Assembly (NCBI GenBank): GCA_902797345.1
Contig: CADBSL010000076.1
Span: forward strand, 1 to 27,820
From: an uncultured Eubacteriales bacterium
GTDB taxonomy: Bacteria; Bacillota; Clostridia; Peptostreptococcales; Anaerovoracaceae
DNA length: 27,820 nt
Reading direction: 5' to 3'
The notes under the pieces are model-generated. The model was not told where the DNA came from. It made no database searches and saw nothing but the letters and a program-made list of their open reading frames with translations. Made by a program: the position numbers and the translations under genes. Below, in pieces: positions 23,776 through 27,820 of this stretch; positions within the stretch are counted from its first letter, which is position 1; each line of letters begins with the position of its first letter.

Positions 23776-24816
23776 ATGAATGACTACAGAATGCTGATCG
23801 CCAGCTCAGATCCCGATTATGACCGGGCACTTTCTCTTTGGATCCGGCGGAAATGTCCCCCGATGGAGACGGCTTGCCTGGATCCGGACCGATGGTTCGA
23901 TGAAACGGAAGAGAGTTTTGCTTCTTATGACAGGATCCTGCTGGGAGGCAGCCTGAAAAACCTCTTTCAGGGGCCCGGCGTCCGGAACGTCAGAAGCCCC
24001 GAAAAGATGCATCCGGGAGAAGTCTCTGCACTTCGTGACGTGGATATTTATCGTCCGGCAAAGGACGTCTTTATGGATCTGACGGATGATCCCGACGAAG
24101 AAGATCTTCCTCGTTTCGGGATCCGTACGATCGGGATGGCGATGACGGACAGAGATCCGATCCTGGAGAAGGCCGCCGATAAGATCATGGCGGCACTGTC
24201 CCGGAGGATCCGGATCGTCCTTGCCGCCGATCTGAGGGTGGTCCCCGGGGAGGTGACTTTTTCCGTGAGACGGGAAGGGCTAAGGAACTGGGATGATTTT
24301 CTCTACAGCGCCATCTACGCCCGCTATCCGTTTCTGTTGATGGATGCTCCTTCCAATGGGGCTCTGGACGAGAACGGCATCATCCATTTTCTCCAGGCGC
24401 CTGGACCGAATCCTTATCAGACGCTGTCGGAACATGAACTTCGGATCATGTACGGACGGATCCGGGAAATGTGTCCGGCGGATTTCTTTGCGGCCATCCT
24501 TCCGGAACCCGACACCGGAGTGTATGCTTCCACTCTGAAACAGATGGATCTGATCCTGGTCCTGTATCGGGACAACGATGCTTCCAGAAGCAGGATGCGG
24601 GAGGCCCTCCGCAGGATCAAAGAAGAGACCGACCCCTCGAAACGGATCCTGGAGATCTGCGTCTCCGACCGGTTCGAGGATAAGGATATCCCGGGATTCA
24701 TCCTTCACCTCAAGGGGGAAGAGACGGCAGGCAGCCGACCTGCCCGAGGCCCGGAAGAGATCCCGGAGGATGTGATGTGGATCGCGGAGTTTATCGATGA
24801 TGGATGTTTTATCTGA
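23776..24816 (+). CDS. Degenerate CpaE/TadZ-like protein (receiver-like N-terminus + MinD/ParA-like remnant)
   Basis: First gene of the operon, overlapping the cpaF homologue. N-terminal MLIASSDPDYDRALSLWI resembles clostridial TadZ receiver-like domains, and no Walker A is visible. ATG 23776 follows AAGGAGG. Confidence 0.55.
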   Translation: MNDYRMLIASSDPDYDRALSLWIRRKCPPMETACLDPDRWFDETEESFASYDRILLGGSLKNLFQGPGVRNVRSPEKMHPGEVSALRDVDIYRPAKDVFMDLTDDPDEEDLPRFGIRTIGMAMTDRDPILEKAADKIMAALSRRIRIVLAADLRVVPGEVTFSVRREGLRNWDDFLYSAIYARYPFLLMDAPSNGALDENGIIHFLQAPGPNPYQTLSEHELRIMYGRIREMCPADFFAAILPEPDTGVYASTLKQMDLILVLYRDNDASRSRMREALRRIKEETDPSKRILEICVSDRFEDKDIPGFILHLKGEETAGSRPARGPEEIPEDVMWIAEFIDDGCFI

Positions 24817-26038
24817 GAACGGGGTCCCAAAGGATCAGCAATCCCGGATCACGGCGGAAGTCCGCCGGCGGTTTCAGGAACACAGCGGGGAAGAAGTGGC
24901 GGACGATCTGGCAAGGCGGATCATCGAAAAAACCGTGATGGATCTGAGCCTGCCGGAGGAAACGGATTTCAGACAGAAAAAGCTGTTGGCGGAAGCCGTA
25001 TATAATGTGACCCGGAAGGAACTGGATATCCTCCAGCCGCTGGCGGAGGACGATGAGATCAACGAGATCATGGTGAACGGGCCGGACCGTGTCTTCGTGG
25101 AGCGGAGCGGCCGGATGGAACCGGTACCGATCCGGTTTGAGAGTCGTGAACACCTGGAAGAACTGATCCGGCGCATCGCCGCCGGTGTCCACCGGGAGAT
25201 CAACGACATCCAGCCCATCGTGGACGCCCGTCTGGAGGATGGCTCCAGAGTGAATGCCGTCTATTCCAATGTGGCGGTCAACGGCCCGATCCTGACGATC
25301 CGGAAATTCCCGAAGCGGACCCGTTCCATGGAAGAATTGATCCAGATGGGAAGCATCACCCGGGAAGCGGCCGGATTTCTGAAGACACTGGTGGAGACCG
25401 GACACAACATCTTCATTTCCGGCGGTACCAGCTCCGGGAAAACCACGTTCCTGAACACCCTGTCGGAATATATCCCCGGCAGAGAGCGTGTCGTCGTCAT
25501 CGAGGATTCCTGCGAGCTGCAGATGGACCGGATCGACAACCTGGTCCGTCTGGAGACCCGGAATGCCAACTCCCAGGGGAAAGGGGCGGTCAGTATCCGC
25601 CAGTTGATCCGGACCGCCATGCGGATGAGACCGGACCGGATCATCGTCGGAGAGGTCCGGGGCGCAGAAGCGCTGGATATGCTCCAGGCGCTGAATTCCG
25701 GACATGAGGGCTGTATGTCCACCGGTCATTCCAATTCCGCCCAGGCGATGATGTACCGTCTGGAGACCATGGCGCTGACGGCGGAGAATTTCCCTCTGGA
25801 TGCGATCCGGAAGCAGATCGTTTCCGCCATCGACCTGGTGGTCCACCTGGGACGGTTCCCCGATCTGTCCCGCAAGGTCATCGAGATCAGTGAGGTGACC
25901 GCCGGGGAAGGGGGAGAGATCCGGATGAACCCCTTGTTCCTTCTGGGAGAAGAGGGGCTGGAGCGAACGGAGAACCCCCTGCAGAGAAGGGACAAACTCC
26001 GGCTCAGAAAGTGGGGGGAAGAGCATGACATCTTTTGA
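24797..26038 (+). CDS. cpaF: Tad/Flp pilus assembly ATPase CpaF/TadA
   Basis: INEIMVNG, VDARLEDGSRVNAV, LTIRKF, Walker A GGTSSGKTT, IEDSCEL, MRPDRIIVGEVRG and STGHSNS. Confidence 0.96.
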   Translation: MMDVLSENGVPKDQQSRITAEVRRRFQEHSGEEVADDLARRIIEKTVMDLSLPEETDFRQKKLLAEAVYNVTRKELDILQPLAEDDEINEIMVNGPDRVFVERSGRMEPVPIRFESREHLEELIRRIAAGVHREINDIQPIVDARLEDGSRVNAVYSNVAVNGPILTIRKFPKRTRSMEELIQMGSITREAAGFLKTLVETGHNIFISGGTSSGKTTFLNTLSEYIPGRERVVVIEDSCELQMDRIDNLVRLETRNANSQGKGAVSIRQLIRTAMRMRPDRIIVGEVRGAEALDMLQALNSGHEGCMSTGHSNSAQAMMYRLETMALTAENFPLDAIRKQIVSAIDLVVHLGRFPDLSRKVIEISEVTAGEGGEIRMNPLFLLGEEGLERTENPLQRRDKLRLRKWGEEHDIF

Positions 26039-26769
26039 GACCTATCGGCCGGGAAGACGGGAAATGGTTTTCTACTATCTGGTGGGCAGTGCCGCCGGCG
26101 CTGCCATCGGGTGGCTGTTCTACCGGAGCCTGATCCCTTCCCTGGGGCTGTGCGTCCTGCCGCTTTTGTTCCGCAGCCGGTATCTGCACATCCGACGGGA
26201 GCAGAAGCTGGAGGAGATCAACATGCAGTTCAAAGATGTGCTGTATGCGTTTTCAGACTCCGCCGCTTCCGGCCGGCAGGCCGCATCTGCCATTTCCTCT
26301 GCCAGACAGAACCTGGTCAGGATCTACGGCGAGAAAAACCTGCTGGCCCGGGCCTTCACAGAGATGGATCTGAGGATCCGTCAGACCAATGAATCCCCGG
26401 AGAAGATGCTGATGGATTTCAGCCGGGAATGCGGGATCGAAGACATCCGTAATTTTATCGAGATCTATTGTATCTGTATCCGATCCGGCGGAGACCGGGA
26501 AAAGGCCATCGATAAAGCCGCTCAGATCATCGGGGAAAAGATCGGTCTGAGGCAGGAACTGCGGAGCATCCTGTCGCAAAAGAAACTGGAGGCGGTGATC
26601 CTGTGCAGCATCACCCCCCTTGATCCTGCTGTTCCTTCAGCTCAGTTCCAGCGATTACACCGATGTGCTGTATACGACACTCCCTGGAAGGCTGATCATG
26701 ACTCTGTGCCTTTTGGCGGTGGGGTTTGCCGCACTGATGTGCCTGAAAATCATGGATATAAGGATATGA
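26025..26769 (+). pseudogene. tadB: TadB (T2SSF-family) platform protein, frameshifted at about 26614-26622 as sequenced
   Basis: From ATG 26025: MTSFETY...QFKDVLYAFSDSAASGRQ...CGIEDIRNFIEIY...SGGDREKAI...LSQKKLEAVILCSITP. The typical TadB end (LILLFLQLSSSDYTDVLYTTLPGRLIMTLCLL...KIMDIRI*) continues in the +1 frame to TGA 26767-26769. Not reported in the ORF track. Confidence 0.85.
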
Positions 26770-27820
26770 AAAAGTTGATCAAAAACGATCCGGCAGTGTT
26801 TATCCTGCTCCTGCTCTCTGCAGTCCTGTTTGCTCTGAATGCCTGGATCCTGTGGCAGGGAGGAACGACTGCGGTAGAGAAGATCCGCCGGAACGATTAC
26901 GAAAAGGAAGCCCGTCAGGTCACTGCCGTGATGGAGACCGAAATAGACGGCCGGGTCTACCGAAGGAACGTGGATCTGACCGTGGCCCCCATGGACCTGA
27001 CGGAAGAAGAGAAAACAAAACGATTGGACCGTTTTGAACAACAGCTGGGGAATCGGATCCTGGGAGAGAACAAAGATCCGATGGATATCGTGACGGATCT
27101 GGATCTGATCACAAAAGATCCGGCTACCGGAATCACCCTTTTATGGTCCAGCAGCGACCCATCCAGGATCGATGAAAGAGGCCGGGTCTATCCCTCGGGA
27201 GAACCGGGGGCGCCGGTGGAACTCCATGCAGTACTGGAACTGGATGGGTTGACCCGGGAGTGGAGCACCCGGGTCACTCACAATTGCATCCCGGAAGCGG
27301 ATAATCTCCAGCGGGCGCTTTCCTCAGACCTTTCAAAGATCACGGAAGGCTTGAATGAAGATGCCAGTACCCGGTATGCGGTCCTCCCCAAAGAGTTGGA
27401 CAGCGGGATCAAGGTGACCTGGAGAGCGCCCGTGGGCCATCGCTATTTCCTGATCGGCGGATCCACCTTGCTGCTGGCCTTCTTCCTGTACTGGAAGAAG
27501 AGGAGCGATCAGAAGAACGCCCGGGAGAAGCGGATGCAGGAGATCCGAAGAGATTTCCCTTACTTTCTGGACAAACTGGTGATGCTTCTCTCCGCAGGAG
27601 TGATCCTGACCGAATCCGTGTACCGCATCTGGGGGGATTATGAAAGATTCCAACAGGTTTCCCGGCCGAAGATCCTCTATGAAGAACTGGGAGAAGCGGT
27701 CCGGACCATGAGGAACAGCAATGCCGCATTTTCCGCCGAATTGATCCGAATGAGCGAACGGCTCCAGGTCCGGGAATTCGCCCGCCTGGCGGTGATCCTC
27801 CGGGACAGTCTGGGTTCCGG
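26766..27820 (+). CDS. tadC: TadC-like T2SSF protein with a large extracytoplasmic N-terminal region (3'-truncated by the window)
   Basis: ATGA overlap with the restored tadB stop. N-terminal TM, about 200 aa soluble region, second TM (YFLIGGSTLLLAFFLYW), then EIRRDFPYFLDKLVMLLSAGVILTESV...LYEEL, typical of T2SSF/TadC. Open to the window end. Confidence 0.85.
   Translation, partial: MKKLIKNDPAVFILLLLSAVLFALNAWILWQGGTTAVEKIRRNDYEKEARQVTAVMETEIDGRVYRRNVDLTVAPMDLTEEEKTKRLDRFEQQLGNRILGENKDPMDIVTDLDLITKDPATGITLLWSSSDPSRIDERGRVYPSGEPGAPVELHAVLELDGLTREWSTRVTHNCIPEADNLQRALSSDLSKITEGLNEDASTRYAVLPKELDSGIKVTWRAPVGHRYFLIGGSTLLLAFFLYWKKRSDQKNAREKRMQEIRRDFPYFLDKLVMLLSAGVILTESVYRIWGDYERFQQVSRPKILYEELGEAVRTMRNSNAAFSAELIRMSERLQVREFARLAVILRDSLGS

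Overview
A 27.8 kb chromosomal segment from a Bacillota (Clostridia-like) bacterium, mostly core genes on the + strand. Order: folC (5'-truncated), a DagK-family kinase, an EamA transporter, a repeat-rich intergenic region, DUF1846 (-), a sigma70-region-4 HTH gene plus a small ORF, and a stand-alone ACP. A tightly coupled run follows: miaB-mutS-mutL-miaA, a XerS-like tyrosine recombinase and ynbB. Then come an SOS-box-controlled yneA-like LysM gene, an HxlR regulator (-), a CNNM/CorC protein, a GerMN lipoprotein, a MocR regulator (-) and a ycxB-like/ymfI-like/FAD-[2Fe-2S] oxidoreductase/oxidoreductase-DUF1667 operon. The window ends in the start of a Tad (type IVc) pilus operon. I saw no rRNA, tRNA, CRISPR array or transposase. 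Most notable observations: (1) a frameshift at a C6 run makes tadB read without a stop into tadC, giving an ORF of at least 598 codons that the ORF track misses; (2) the yneA SOS boxes also form an RNA hairpin that would cover the ribosome-binding site only in read-through transcripts; (3) homologues of two genes implicated in EF-P 5-aminopentanolylation (ynbB, ymfI) lie about 5 kb apart, with ymfI coupled to an Fe-S flavoprotein module; (4) heptamer arrays start at stop codons, and two of them flank a CGTC-type palindrome. All family calls come from recognising motifs by eye, with no database searches.
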